Positions 29,830-41,280 of a DNA stretch of 64,000 nucleotides are shown piece by piece (position 1 is the stretch's first letter; each line of letters opens with the position of its first letter). A program made the position numbers and the translations under genes. This DNA is from Candidatus Kerfeldbacteria bacterium (lineage in GTDB: Bacteria > Patescibacteriota > Patescibacteriia > UBA9570 > XYC2-FULL-38-9). The notes below the pieces were generated by a model. It was not told the DNA's origin. It ran no database searches and saw only the letters and a program-made list of their open reading frames with translations. The stretch covers positions 10,920 through 74,919 of the forward strand of contig JACPGJ010000003.1 in the NCBI GenBank assembly GCA_016182555.1, in the 5' to 3' direction.

Positions 29830-30724
29830 AGAGGTAAAATACACCAGTCATCCACACCATCCAGGTGAGCACCGTACAGAGCAACCACCGATCATGAAAT
29901 AACATTTTTTCTGGTGCTTCCCCCTGTTCAAACTGATGAATAATATACAAATATCGAAACATGCCAAAAAAGACAAAAAATGAGGAGTAGATCATATACG
30001 GTTTATCTACCTCTACTGTGTATAAACTGTAACTGAGAATAACGCCGGTAATAACGACCGTGAGAATATGATCCAAGAATGAATCAGTATATTTGTTGAG
30101 AACAACGCGTGTCTGGTGTTCACTGCCAGCAACTGCTTTAAATTCAGCGCGTCGTTTCCCAATAATGAGAAATAATGCCAGAAAAAAAGTGACCAAAATG
30201 AGCCACGGAGAGATATAAATATTTAGCAGTTCTCCACCGGCTTTGACACGCAGTAAATACATAAATGCGACAAAGAAAATTTCAATGACTGGAATGTGTT
30301 TTAGAAAGAAGGAATAACTGATATTCATGCAGAAATACAGAAAGAGAATAATATCCACTCGTGCATTTAATTGGGTAGCGAGTGCAATAACAATGAGTAA
30401 CAACAAGAACGCAATCCACTGACCTTGGCGAATACTTATTTGCCCGGCAGCAATGGGACGAAACTTTTTTTTCGGATGATGTCGGTCTTTTTCATAATCC
30501 GCAATATCGTTAATGATATAAATACTGCTGGCCAAAAATGAAAATGCAAAAAATAATAGTGCCGTGTGATAGACATTCTGCACACTAAAAAATTCAACGG
30601 CAAAAAATAATGGTGCAAAGATTAACAGATTTTTAATCCAATGATTGGCACGCATTTCTTTTACGATAGCGTGCGTGGTTGATTGACGTGGTTGCATAGG
30701 TGATAAATGTCTCGAAGGTATCAT
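29822..30724 (-). CDS. Polyprenyl-phosphate phosphoribosyltransferase (UbiA family, DPPR-synthase-like)
   Basis: WIKNLLIF, YIINDIADYEKDRHHPKKKFRPIAAG, KRRAE. Confidence 0.88.
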   Translation of the reverse strand: MIPSRHLSPMQPRQSTTHAIVKEMRANHWIKNLLIFAPLFFAVEFFSVQNVYHTALLFFAFSFLASSIYIINDIADYEKDRHHPKKKFRPIAAGQISIRQGQWIAFLLLLIVIALATQLNARVDIILFLYFCMNISYSFFLKHIPVIEIFFVAFMYLLRVKAGGELLNIYISPWLILVTFFLALFLIIGKRRAEFKAVAGSEHQTRVVLNKYTDSFLDHILTVVITGVILSYSLYTVEVDKPYMIYSSFFVFFGMFRYLYIIHQFEQGEAPEKMLFHDRWLLCTVLTWMVWMTGVFYLYG

Positions 30725-30741
30725 AACTGTGTGTCCGGGTA

Positions 30742-31887
30742 TTAGTCAAGCATACGTTGGTACATTTTTTTATATTCGTCAGCTGCTTGTTGCCAAGAAT
30801 ACAAAAGGCTTTTTATACGGCTTGCGCTCGCGTATGTTTGCCGTAGTTTTGCGTCACGTAATAATTGGGTGAGTGCAGCGGTGAGTTGCGTTTGATTATT
30901 TTTTTCAATAATGATGCCGTTTCCGCTGGCGAGTGCTTCCGCGTCGCCAGTATTCGTGATAATCAATGGCAATCCAGATGCCATCGCTTCCAATACCGTG
31001 TTCGACATACCTTCATTATGAGACGGTAGAACAAAAATATCCGCCTGGCGATAGATTTCTGGTAATTCGCTGCGTTCCATATTGCCGTGAAAGTGTACAC
31101 GTTTGCTCAACTGTAACGCTTGTGTCAGTGCCTCAAGTTCCACTCTAATATTTCCATCACCAACTATTTCTAATTCCGTTTGTGGAAATGAAGATTGTAT
31201 TTCAGCGAATGATTTTATCAGTATATCAATTCCCTTTCTTTCTATTAGACGTGAAACACACAGAATGCGTACTTTTTTTTTATTTTCTTCGGCCGTAGAG
31301 GCCGAAAATGGATAGAATATTTCCGTGTCTACACCATTGGGAATAACGGGTATTTCTAATGATGCCATCGACTTATGCGCTAAATCAGCTAAACTTTGGC
31401 TATTGGCCACAACATCTGTTGCCTTTTTCCAAATATCGACAAACAATGGCTTCGCAATAGTATAAATAAATTGAAACCGTTTATTATATCCGGGCACATC
31501 GGAGCCGCGTAGAGAGATAATATATGGTAACTGACGGCGGAAACTATACGCAATAATTCCTGCTGGTACGGTAAAAAAGGCATGAACGAAATCGTATGTA
31601 TTTTTTCGCACCAGGCTGCGTGCCATTAAATACCCCTGCAACAGATAACGGAATAAGTTTAATTGTGACTGATAATGCAACGAATCACGTTTATCTCCAA
31701 TCGGTACACGGTACAGGGTCACATTCGGAAATGGTTGCTCTGTTGAATATCGATTGTCGATTGCTGCGGTGATGCAATCAATTGTTATGCGTTCTTCATT
31801 GCGGAATTGGCGGAATAATTCTTGTGTTGCGTATCCAGCGCCACCACCCAACGGTGGGTATTCTGAATTGAGAAAGAGAACACGCAT
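30742..31887 (-). CDS. GT4 glycosyltransferase
   Basis: EYPPLGGG, PNGVD, RKG, EGMSNTVLEAMASG. Confidence 0.9.
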   Translation of the reverse strand: MRVLFLNSEYPPLGGGAGYATQELFRQFRNEERITIDCITAAIDNRYSTEQPFPNVTLYRVPIGDKRDSLHYQSQLNLFRYLLQGYLMARSLVRKNTYDFVHAFFTVPAGIIAYSFRRQLPYIISLRGSDVPGYNKRFQFIYTIAKPLFVDIWKKATDVVANSQSLADLAHKSMASLEIPVIPNGVDTEIFYPFSASTAEENKKKVRILCVSRLIERKGIDILIKSFAEIQSSFPQTELEIVGDGNIRVELEALTQALQLSKRVHFHGNMERSELPEIYRQADIFVLPSHNEGMSNTVLEAMASGLPLIITNTGDAEALASGNGIIIEKNNQTQLTAALTQLLRDAKLRQTYASASRIKSLLYSWQQAADEYKKMYQRMLD

Positions 31888-31888
31888 G

Positions 31889-32821
31889 TTATTTTTTTAT
31901 GGTGAGAATTTCTTTGATCGCGTAGGGTTTGCGTGGGCCGTCATAGTAAATACGAATCAGAATATCGGCCAACAATCCAAAGATAAAAAATTGAACACCG
32001 AGTATGGTGAGTAATACGGCCAAGAGGGGGATATTTGAATCTGCTAAGCCGTGATGAAAAATAAATTTTTTGATAAACAAAGCAATAAAAAGAAGAATAG
32101 CTCCAACAATCAACCCCAACCCAAGCCCTCCAAACAAGTGCAGCGGTCGGCGGGCATATTTTCGCCAAAACCAAATCGCCAGCATATCGATAAATCCTTT
32201 GTACACGCGCTTCCAGTTATATTTTGTCTTTCCGTGCAAGCGTGGACGGTGCGCAATCGGTGCCTCTGCAATGCTGAATCCGCTCCAGGCCAGTACGGCC
32301 GGGATAAAACGGTGCATCTCACCAAATAAATCCACTTCGTTAAAACATTCTTTTTTGTAGACTTTGAGTGAACATCCTGAATCATGGATATGATCTTTCA
32401 CAAAAATACTCCGCAGGCCATAGGCACCCCGCGATACAAACCGTTTCATGAATGGGTCATGCCGTTCTTGCCGCCAACCGGAGACCACATCTACGCGCTT
32501 CTCTTCCATGACGGTGAGCAATTTTGGAATTTCACTGGGTGGATTTTGCCCGTCACCATCGAGTGTAATAATTATTTCACCGCTCGCATGTTTAATTCCA
32601 GCATCCAGTGCGGCGGTTTGTCCAAAGTTTTTTCGTAAACGAATAACGGTCAGCGGGGATAAGGTATTCAACACGCCTGCTGTTCCGTCAACGCTACCGT
32701 CATCCACGACAATCACTTCATAGGGTTGACCAAGATTGTTCATGACGGTGATCACTTCTGCATGCAGCGCAGGAATATTTTTTTCTTCATTAAATACCGG
32801 AATAATAACGGAGTATTTCAT
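31889..32821 (-). CDS. ArnC-like GT2 polyprenyl-phosphate glycosyltransferase
   Basis: RKNFGQTAAL, DGDGQN, HDSGCSLK, GEMHRFIP, two C-terminal TM helices. Confidence 0.9.
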   Translation of the reverse strand: MKYSVIIPVFNEEKNIPALHAEVITVMNNLGQPYEVIVVDDGSVDGTAGVLNTLSPLTVIRLRKNFGQTAALDAGIKHASGEIIITLDGDGQNPPSEIPKLLTVMEEKRVDVVSGWRQERHDPFMKRFVSRGAYGLRSIFVKDHIHDSGCSLKVYKKECFNEVDLFGEMHRFIPAVLAWSGFSIAEAPIAHRPRLHGKTKYNWKRVYKGFIDMLAIWFWRKYARRPLHLFGGLGLGLIVGAILLFIALFIKKFIFHHGLADSNIPLLAVLLTILGVQFFIFGLLADILIRIYYDGPRKPYAIKEILTIKK

Positions 32822-32826
32822 ATTGT

Positions 32827-33786
32827 TTACTTACCATGAAATCGCTCTTCTGTAAACCAGTGCACAAATTTTTTCAAACCCGTTTCAATATCGGTTTTCG
32901 GCCTCCAATTGAGCAAGCGGCTAGCTTTTGAAATATCTGCGTATGTTTTATTCATGTCGCCAGCCGCCGCAGGTAAGTACTCAATTTTGGCTTCTTTGCC
33001 AGTGACACGTTCCAACACCGCAATATATTCTCGCATCGTTAAAGGGTGGGAATTTCCTAGGTTAATAATTTCATATTCTAATTTTTTTCCCACACACGCC
33101 ATCACGCCATCGACAATGTCATCTATATACGTGAAGTCGCGCTCTGCAGAACCATCGCCATACAGTTGAATGGGCTTTCCATAAAGCAAGCTTTCCGTAA
33201 ATTTATACGGAGACATATCTGGTCGGCCACGTTCACCATAGACCGTAAAAAACCGTAATCCAATACAATTCATTTGGTAGAGGTGATGATAGGTGTACGC
33301 AATCAATTCACAGGCACGTTTACTCGCGGCATACGGAGAGATAGGATGATCGACATTCGCTTCTTCTGAAAACGGTGTTTTGTTTTGGTTGCCGTACACG
33401 GAAGAAGACGAAGCAAAAATAATATCGTGTACGCCGAATTCGCGGGCGAGTTCAAATAACAAGTATGTGCCTTCCACATTCACACGTTGTGTCAGAAGCG
33501 GCTGTTCAATGGAAATACGCACACCGGCTTGCGCTGCGAGGTGAATAATTAGGTCAATCGAGTGTTGCTCAAACACCGCACGCATCGCTGCGGCATCTGT
33601 AATATCAGCGCGTACTAACTGATAGACTGCTGTTTCCGCATGTGCCTCAATGTTCGATTCTTTATATTGTGGATTATAATACGCCGAAAAATTGTCTACC
33701 GCAATCACCGTGTGTCCTTCGGCAATTAAGCGATCGGCAACGTGTGAACCAATGAACCCTGCGGCTCCAGTTAAAAGGATATTCAT
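32827..33786 (-). CDS. UDP-glucuronate 4-epimerase-like SDR
   Basis: GAAGFIG, HLAAQAGVR, PISPYAASK, LRFFTVYG.RGRPDM; start reassigned to ATG 33786. Confidence 0.85.
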   Translation of the reverse strand: MNILLTGAAGFIGSHVADRLIAEGHTVIAVDNFSAYYNPQYKESNIEAHAETAVYQLVRADITDAAAMRAVFEQHSIDLIIHLAAQAGVRISIEQPLLTQRVNVEGTYLLFELAREFGVHDIIFASSSSVYGNQNKTPFSEEANVDHPISPYAASKRACELIAYTYHHLYQMNCIGLRFFTVYGERGRPDMSPYKFTESLLYGKPIQLYGDGSAERDFTYIDDIVDGVMACVGKKLEYEIINLGNSHPLTMREYIAVLERVTGKEAKIEYLPAAAGDMNKTYADISKASRLLNWRPKTDIETGLKKFVHWFTEERFHGK

Positions 33787-33852
33787 GACCCTCACCATAC
33801 AATTTTTTGGCCTACTGGTCAACGAGAGAGTTTTTTCGTATACTGCTTGGGT

Positions 33853-35349
33853 ATGAAGATACGTGTCAACACTATAAAACTCGCCAAAGGAATTATTTTT
33901 TTCATTCCCATCGTGATCAGTGTCTGGATGGCAGTTCAATATTTTGCTGTTTCCGGCAATTTATCTATTGGTACCAATTTTTCCAGTGCATCTCCATTTA
34001 TTTCGGAGTGGTACCCACAAAACCGCGCTGGCGACCGCGAACAAAATTTACGAACAGGCGATACATATCAGCAACTTGTTGGTGAGCCAGATTATATTGA
34101 TGTTGCCGTTCCGCGTTCATACGATAGTGTGGACGTGACAGTTGACTACAACAACGACGAACAACCGTTGATTGAATTTGGTCTCATTACGAACCCCGAA
34201 CCATGGAGTGTGAATTTGCAAGCATTTGAAAGTACCGTCATTGATGAAGCATTGAAAACGTGGGATCGTATCGACACCGACGGCGTGACGCTTTTACAAC
34301 GCACAAAACAATTCAATTCACTAGACGAATTTCGAAATGCCATGCCGTCCGACAAAGGTGTTGGCACCTATCGTTATCAATTGTATCCAACATTTATTGA
34401 TCCGACGTATACACCGAGTGATGCGAGTCTCGATATTGACCGGTACTTTCGTGGTGCTCACGAATTTGTGGCGTATGTCAAAAATGAAACACTTCACATC
34501 ACCTTTGACTTCGCCGATATGAACCGTGAATTTAATGCCGATCCTGTTAAAATAGAAGTGTACGATAAGGGGCAGCTGATTGATGAAAAATTATTATCAG
34601 ATGATGGTGATGTAACGGCGTCAGGCGTGAACACGGCTGTGCGTTCACTCACTGTTGATATTCCAAATCTTGCTGAAGGTGCTTATACGTTGAAAGTGGT
34701 GGTGGATAACGATATGGTCACCACCCATATTCACAGTGATCAAGAAAAATTTGTTGCGCACAATCAGGTCTACATTATCAATAATGAAGAATATCGCATT
34801 CCATTTCCAGAAATGAACCTGGACGGCACGACAGTTGCGACCAATGCAACAGAATTTATTGCGAAAACCGATCATAATACGGGCGTGCAAACGATGACGA
34901 TTGATGATGAGCCGCTCGATATCAATACCGTGCATGAATTTGCTTCTTGGCAAGCAGAAAACGCAACAGCGAATACCAATACTGTTCGTACGGTGGTGAT
35001 GCCGAAAAATGACCTCCTCTTTATTACCCACGGCTACATGGCGTTCACTCAGGATAGTTTTTTTGACCCAGATTATTTGATTCAATCGGTTGATGAAATG
35101 AGCACACTAGACCAGCTCGATCATATTGTTTTTCAAGATTACCATTCGCCAGAAGTGCTTCGCAGAGACAAAACACAAACCGTGCATTTGGATTTAGCAG
35201 GTGTGGCGGGTGACAGAAAAAAACTCACGTTTATTTTATCCGCACCTGGCTTGGATCGAGAACGATATATGATACAAATTAATCATATCCAATTCGATTT
35301 TCAACGCGAGCCGTTATGGCAACGACTCCGCCAACGTTTCCACTTATGA
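33853..35349 (+). CDS. Hypothetical membrane-anchored extracytoplasmic protein
   Basis: Long ORF with N-terminal TM anchor and acidic beta-rich body; TATACT 8 nt before the ATG. Confidence 0.7.
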   Translation: MKIRVNTIKLAKGIIFFIPIVISVWMAVQYFAVSGNLSIGTNFSSASPFISEWYPQNRAGDREQNLRTGDTYQQLVGEPDYIDVAVPRSYDSVDVTVDYNNDEQPLIEFGLITNPEPWSVNLQAFESTVIDEALKTWDRIDTDGVTLLQRTKQFNSLDEFRNAMPSDKGVGTYRYQLYPTFIDPTYTPSDASLDIDRYFRGAHEFVAYVKNETLHITFDFADMNREFNADPVKIEVYDKGQLIDEKLLSDDGDVTASGVNTAVRSLTVDIPNLAEGAYTLKVVVDNDMVTTHIHSDQEKFVAHNQVYIINNEEYRIPFPEMNLDGTTVATNATEFIAKTDHNTGVQTMTIDDEPLDINTVHEFASWQAENATANTNTVRTVVMPKNDLLFITHGYMAFTQDSFFDPDYLIQSVDEMSTLDQLDHIVFQDYHSPEVLRRDKTQTVHLDLAGVAGDRKKLTFILSAPGLDRERYMIQINHIQFDFQREPLWQRLRQRFHL

Positions 35350-35546
35350 GTTCCACCAACACACTACAATGGATTCGTACACTTGTTCCGTTTACTTTCC
35401 GTGTTTTGCTTTTTTGGTATCTGGTAGCAATTTTGGTTGAATATATTTTCCCTGGTTTTGTGAGCAACCAGCTCAACCTTGATCTATTTCTCTGGCTTGT
35501 TATACTGACCGCGCTTTTTTCTTTTGTTATTGAGCGGAAGAGATAA
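35346..35546 (+). CDS. Small two-TM hypothetical protein
   Basis: ATGA overlap with the upstream gene; fills the gap to the next gene. Confidence 0.65.
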   Translation: MSSTNTLQWIRTLVPFTFRVLLFWYLVAILVEYIFPGFVSNQLNLDLFLWLVILTALFSFVIERKR

Positions 35547-35548
35547 TT

Positions 35549-36502
35549 ATGCGCATCATTGTATACGGCTCGATCGCGTTTGATCGAGTGATGATATTTC
35601 CTGGAACATTTCAAGAACATATTTTACCGAACCAGATTCACAATTTGAATGTATCCTTTTTTATCGAACGTTTAGAGCAGCGGCGTGGTGGCTGCGCCGG
35701 CAATATTGCCTATAGCTTACATTTGTTGGGTGAACAACCACAACTGGTTGGCAGTATTGGTGGTGATGCCGATTCGTATATGCAATATTGGCAGCAGATG
35801 GGTTTGTCTACAGATCATGTTGCGGTATACTCAAGTGAAACAACAGGCGGCGCGTACATGATGACCGATTTGAAAAATAATCAAATTTCTGGTTTTCACC
35901 CTGGCGCAGATAGCTGCGATACTGTACTCCAACTTGAAGATTACGACCCGAAGGAGACGCTGATGATTTTTTCTCCGCGTAATAACCACGACGAAATTCT
36001 CCGTTATGTGCAGCAATGTCAGCAGTTAGGTATTCGTTATATTTTTGACCTTGGTCAAACGATTCCAACATTTTCTGGCGAAGAGTTACGCATGATGATG
36101 AATGGTGCCTATATTATTATTGTGAATGATTATGAATTCAATCTCATTCTGCACCGTGCACAGGTAACGAAAGAAGAGGTGCTCGGTTTCACAGAACAGT
36201 TGATTACGACGTTGGGTGACCACGGTTCAGTGATTGAATCGGCAACAGACCGTATAGAAATTCCCATTTGTCGTGTAGAAGAAGTGAAGGACCCCACTGG
36301 AGCAGGGGATGCGTATCGAGCTGGTTTATTGAAAGGTTTGAGCGCTGGTTGTTCATGGGAACAAGCCGGAAAATTAGGCGCTGTTGCCGCGGCGTATGCC
36401 ATTGAACATTACGGCACTCAAGAACACCGCTATACATTTGCTGAATTTGCTCAACGGTATCAAGAAAATTTTAATAAACCATTTCCATTAACCGTTAATT
36501 AA
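35549..36502 (+). CDS. PfkB-family carbohydrate kinase, adenosine-kinase-like
   Basis: GSIAFD, GGCAGNIAY, VNDYE, DPTGAGDAYRAG; adjacent to ahcY. Confidence 0.85.
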   Translation: MRIIVYGSIAFDRVMIFPGTFQEHILPNQIHNLNVSFFIERLEQRRGGCAGNIAYSLHLLGEQPQLVGSIGGDADSYMQYWQQMGLSTDHVAVYSSETTGGAYMMTDLKNNQISGFHPGADSCDTVLQLEDYDPKETLMIFSPRNNHDEILRYVQQCQQLGIRYIFDLGQTIPTFSGEELRMMMNGAYIIIVNDYEFNLILHRAQVTKEEVLGFTEQLITTLGDHGSVIESATDRIEIPICRVEEVKDPTGAGDAYRAGLLKGLSAGCSWEQAGKLGAVAAAYAIEHYGTQEHRYTFAEFAQRYQENFNKPFPLTVN

Positions 36503-37768
<1,266 letters not shown>

Positions 37769-37786
37769 TATGATACCATTTCGCAT

Positions 37787-38863
37787 ATGAAAGCCTTAAT
37801 TGCTGCGGGTGGTCGAGGGACTCGTTTACGCCCCATTACCTATTCCATGAATAAGCACTTGATTCCAGTGGCCAATATTCCACTCATTGTTTGGGCTATT
37901 CAAAAAGTGGTTGAGGCTGGCATTACGGATATTGCGATCAATATTAACGAAGGAGATACGGAATTACCGAAAGCGATTGGTGATGGTTCTACTTGGAATG
38001 TGAAGATTACCTATATTGAACAAGTCGGTGGGGCATTGGGCGTCGCTCATGTGATTAAAAATGCAAAAAATTGGTTGGGGAAAGATTCGTTTGTGTTTTA
38101 TTTAGGCGATAATATTGTGCTCGGTTCTATCAACCCCTTTGTGGCCGCATTTCAAGAGCAGCACGCCAATGCATTTTTAGCACTCACTGTTGTTCCAGAT
38201 CCAGAACGATTTGGTGTTCCGCAAATAAATAGCGCAGGTGAAATTGAGCGTGTGATTGAAAAACCAAGCAATCCACCCAGCCAGTTTGCGGTAACGGGTA
38301 TTTACTGTTTTGATCAGACGGTGCATGACGCTATTGATACACTGCATGCAAGTAACCGTGGAGAGTTAGAAATTTCTGATACGATTACTGCCGTAATTGC
38401 CCAAGGTGGAAAGGTGAAATATCAAATAGTCGAAGGTTGGTGGAAAGATACGGGCAAACCTTATGATCTATTGGAAGGGAATAGGTTGTTGTTGGAAAGC
38501 ATGAGCGATGACCGCGCGCAGGCAAAAATGATTGAAGATGGAGTGGATATTCAAGGAAAAGTACAGTTAGGGAATGGTGCGCAATTGCTGGGAAAAACCA
38601 TTATTCGTGGTCCAGTCAGCATTGGAAAAAATGCTATTATTGCCGATAGCTATATTGGGCCATATACTTCCATTGGCCATGGTACAGAAATTGATGGTGG
38701 AGAAATTGAAAATTCTATTATCATGGATGATACGGATATTCAATGTTCCACTCGTATTGTTGATAGTATTATTGGTCATAACGTGACTATTCAAAATGCG
38801 CACATGACTAAACCATCCGGTCATAAATTAATGATTGGAGAAAATTCATCTATTGAATTATGA
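37787..38863 (+). CDS. rmlA: Glucose-1-phosphate thymidylyltransferase (long form)
   Basis: GGRGTRLRP, YLGDN, EKP, RGELEI, WWKDTG, hexapeptide C-terminus. Confidence 0.92.
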   Translation: MKALIAAGGRGTRLRPITYSMNKHLIPVANIPLIVWAIQKVVEAGITDIAININEGDTELPKAIGDGSTWNVKITYIEQVGGALGVAHVIKNAKNWLGKDSFVFYLGDNIVLGSINPFVAAFQEQHANAFLALTVVPDPERFGVPQINSAGEIERVIEKPSNPPSQFAVTGIYCFDQTVHDAIDTLHASNRGELEISDTITAVIAQGGKVKYQIVEGWWKDTGKPYDLLEGNRLLLESMSDDRAQAKMIEDGVDIQGKVQLGNGAQLLGKTIIRGPVSIGKNAIIADSYIGPYTSIGHGTEIDGGEIENSIIMDDTDIQCSTRIVDSIIGHNVTIQNAHMTKPSGHKLMIGENSSIEL

Positions 38864-39423
38864 GTACACAGCAACCACTGCGGGCGGAAGATATTGCACC
38901 AGAATTCCGTCAACAAATTTTCAAACAAGATTATAGTAAAAAACCAACCATTGATGGCGTCCGCATTGTGGATTTGCCAAGTTTTTCTGATGATGGTGGA
39001 TATTTTTTAGAGCTTACTCGTTTTGTTACTGGGCATCCAACGGCATTTCCAGATTTTGAACTCAAACAAATGAATTATTCTGAAATGGATCCTGGTGTGG
39101 TGAAAGCAGCGCATTTGCATTTTCAGCAAGAAGATATTTGGTTTGTTCCACCCACTCAAAAATTACTCATTGGGTTAATGGATTGTCGTGATACATCACC
39201 AACAAAAGGAATGAAGATGCGATTTGTCATGGGAGCAAAAAAAGCAAAATTGCTCTACATTCCTCGCGGTGTTGCGCATGGCGCAGCAAATTTGTGGCAA
39301 CGACCTGCAGCAATTATCTATTTCGTTAATAATGTATTTGATGCTGATCCAGAAAAAACAGATGAACATCGTTTACCGTGGGATGTGTTTGGTGCGGATT
39401 TTTGGGAAATTCAAAAAGGATAA
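38860..39423 (+). CDS. rmlC: dTDP-4-dehydrorhamnose 3,5-epimerase family
   Basis: DDGGYF.E, HLH, D.R.TSPT, IPRGVAHG. Confidence 0.85.
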   Translation: MSTQQPLRAEDIAPEFRQQIFKQDYSKKPTIDGVRIVDLPSFSDDGGYFLELTRFVTGHPTAFPDFELKQMNYSEMDPGVVKAAHLHFQQEDIWFVPPTQKLLIGLMDCRDTSPTKGMKMRFVMGAKKAKLLYIPRGVAHGAANLWQRPAAIIYFVNNVFDADPEKTDEHRLPWDVFGADFWEIQKG

Positions 39424-39435
39424 TATCATAGAGCG

Positions 39436-40413
39436 ATGAAATTACTTATTACTGGAGGTGCAGGATTTATTGGGTCAAATTTTATTCACTATTGGTTGGC
39501 CAATCATACACAAGATGAAGTGGTGAATTTTGATGCACTCACCTACGCGGGTCATTTGGAAAATGTGAAAGATATTGAACATCATCCTCGGTATTCTTTT
39601 ATTCATGGCGATATTACCAATCCCGCACAGGTGGATAACGCTATGCAGGGTATAGATGTGGTTGTGCATTTTGCTGCCGAATCACATGTGGATCGTTCTA
39701 TTTTAGCACCTGCAGCGTTTGTCAAAACGAATGTTGTTGGAACGCAAGTGTTACTGGACTCTGCGTTGAAACACCAGGTGAAGCGATTCCATCATATATC
39801 AACAGATGAAGTTTTTGGTACGCTTGATCTTGCGACAAACGAAAAATTTACCATCAATTCTCCGTACGCACCACGCAGCCCGTATGCAGCAAGTAAAGCC
39901 GCTTCAGATCATTTGGTGCGTGCATATTACACGACATATGGACTACCGATTACCATTACGAATTGTTCTAATAATTTCGGGCCATACCATTTTCCTGAAA
40001 AACTCATTCCACTGGCGATTACGAATATCTTAGAGGGGAAAAAAATTCCAATCTATGGTGATGGATTACAAGTGCGTGATTGGTTGTATGTAGAAGATCA
40101 CTGTCGAGCGATTGATCTTGTATTACAACAGGGCAAAATAGGGGAAACATATTTGGTTGGTGGCATGCATGATTTGCTTCCCAATATTGAAATTGCCAAA
40201 CATATTTTAGCGTTATTGGGTGCAGATGAAAGTCAAATTGAATTTGTAAAAGACCGCCCAGGGCATGATCAAAAATATGATATCGATTGGTCAAAAATTC
40301 ATCATGAATTGGGGTGGCAACCACAATATACGTTTGATGAATGGTTGTTTAAAACTGTTGAATGGTACAAAACGCATGAAACATGGTGGAAGCCCTTAAA
40401 GCACACTGTATGA
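39436..40413 (+). CDS. rmlB: dTDP-glucose 4,6-dehydratase
   Basis: LTYAG, AAESHVDRSI, STDEV, YAASKA, DRPGHD. Confidence 0.96.
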   Translation: MKLLITGGAGFIGSNFIHYWLANHTQDEVVNFDALTYAGHLENVKDIEHHPRYSFIHGDITNPAQVDNAMQGIDVVVHFAAESHVDRSILAPAAFVKTNVVGTQVLLDSALKHQVKRFHHISTDEVFGTLDLATNEKFTINSPYAPRSPYAASKAASDHLVRAYYTTYGLPITITNCSNNFGPYHFPEKLIPLAITNILEGKKIPIYGDGLQVRDWLYVEDHCRAIDLVLQQGKIGETYLVGGMHDLLPNIEIAKHILALLGADESQIEFVKDRPGHDQKYDIDWSKIHHELGWQPQYTFDEWLFKTVEWYKTHETWWKPLKHTV

Positions 40414-41255
40414 TTCAATCTCCCATTATTATTCTTGGCGGCAAAGGAATGCTTGGGCAGTATCTGGTTGATCTATTTTCAGATAGGCACACGCTTGTTT
40501 GGGATAAGGAAGAATTAGATATTACCGACCTGTCTGCGGTGAAAGAACAATTGGCATCTGTTGCGCCAAAGATAGTAATCAATGCGGCGGCATATAATGC
40601 GGTTGATCAAGCGGAAACTGATGAAGGTTTTGCTATTGCCGAGCAGGTGAATGCGCAGGGGCCAAAAAATCTTGCAGAAGTGTGTGCACAGCTGGGCGCC
40701 GTGTTTGTGCACTACAGCACCGATTATGTATTTGATGGAACAAAAAAAGAAGGATATACAGAAACAGACGCACCGAATCCGAAGAGTCGATATGCGTTGT
40801 CCAAATTTCATGGAGAACAAGCTGTTGTAGCGGCTGGCGGCTATGTTATACGCACCTGTAAATTATTTGGTCATCCAGGGAGTAGTGATGGGTCAAAAAA
40901 AAGTTTTGTCGACCTGATGCTTACTCTTGCGGAAACAAAAACCGAATTGAATGTGGTGAATGAAGAATATGCATCACCAACATACGTTCGCGATCTTGCT
41001 CAGCAAACCCGCCTAATATTGGAGCAAGAATATGCGCCAGGGATATATCATGTCACCAATACTGGCGCCTGTACCTGGTACGAATTTGCCCAGGAAATTT
41101 TCCACCAAAAAGGAATCACTATTACGCTCAACCCGGTTCCTGCTTCTCGCTTTCCGCGCCCGGCTCTGCGTCCAGCATATTCGGTTCTGCTCAACACAAA
41201 ATTACCGCCAATGCGGTCATGGCAAGAGGCATTAGCAGATTATTTGCAACAATAA
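40410..41255 (+). CDS. rmlD: dTDP-4-dehydrorhamnose reductase
   Basis: GKGMLG, AAYNAVD.AE, STDYVFDG, YALSK. Confidence 0.93.
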   Translation: MIQSPIIILGGKGMLGQYLVDLFSDRHTLVWDKEELDITDLSAVKEQLASVAPKIVINAAAYNAVDQAETDEGFAIAEQVNAQGPKNLAEVCAQLGAVFVHYSTDYVFDGTKKEGYTETDAPNPKSRYALSKFHGEQAVVAAGGYVIRTCKLFGHPGSSDGSKKSFVDLMLTLAETKTELNVVNEEYASPTYVRDLAQQTRLILEQEYAPGIYHVTNTGACTWYEFAQEIFHQKGITITLNPVPASRFPRPALRPAYSVLLNTKLPPMRSWQEALADYLQQ

Positions 41256-41280
41256 TAATCAATACAGTTCGTGGCTTGTG

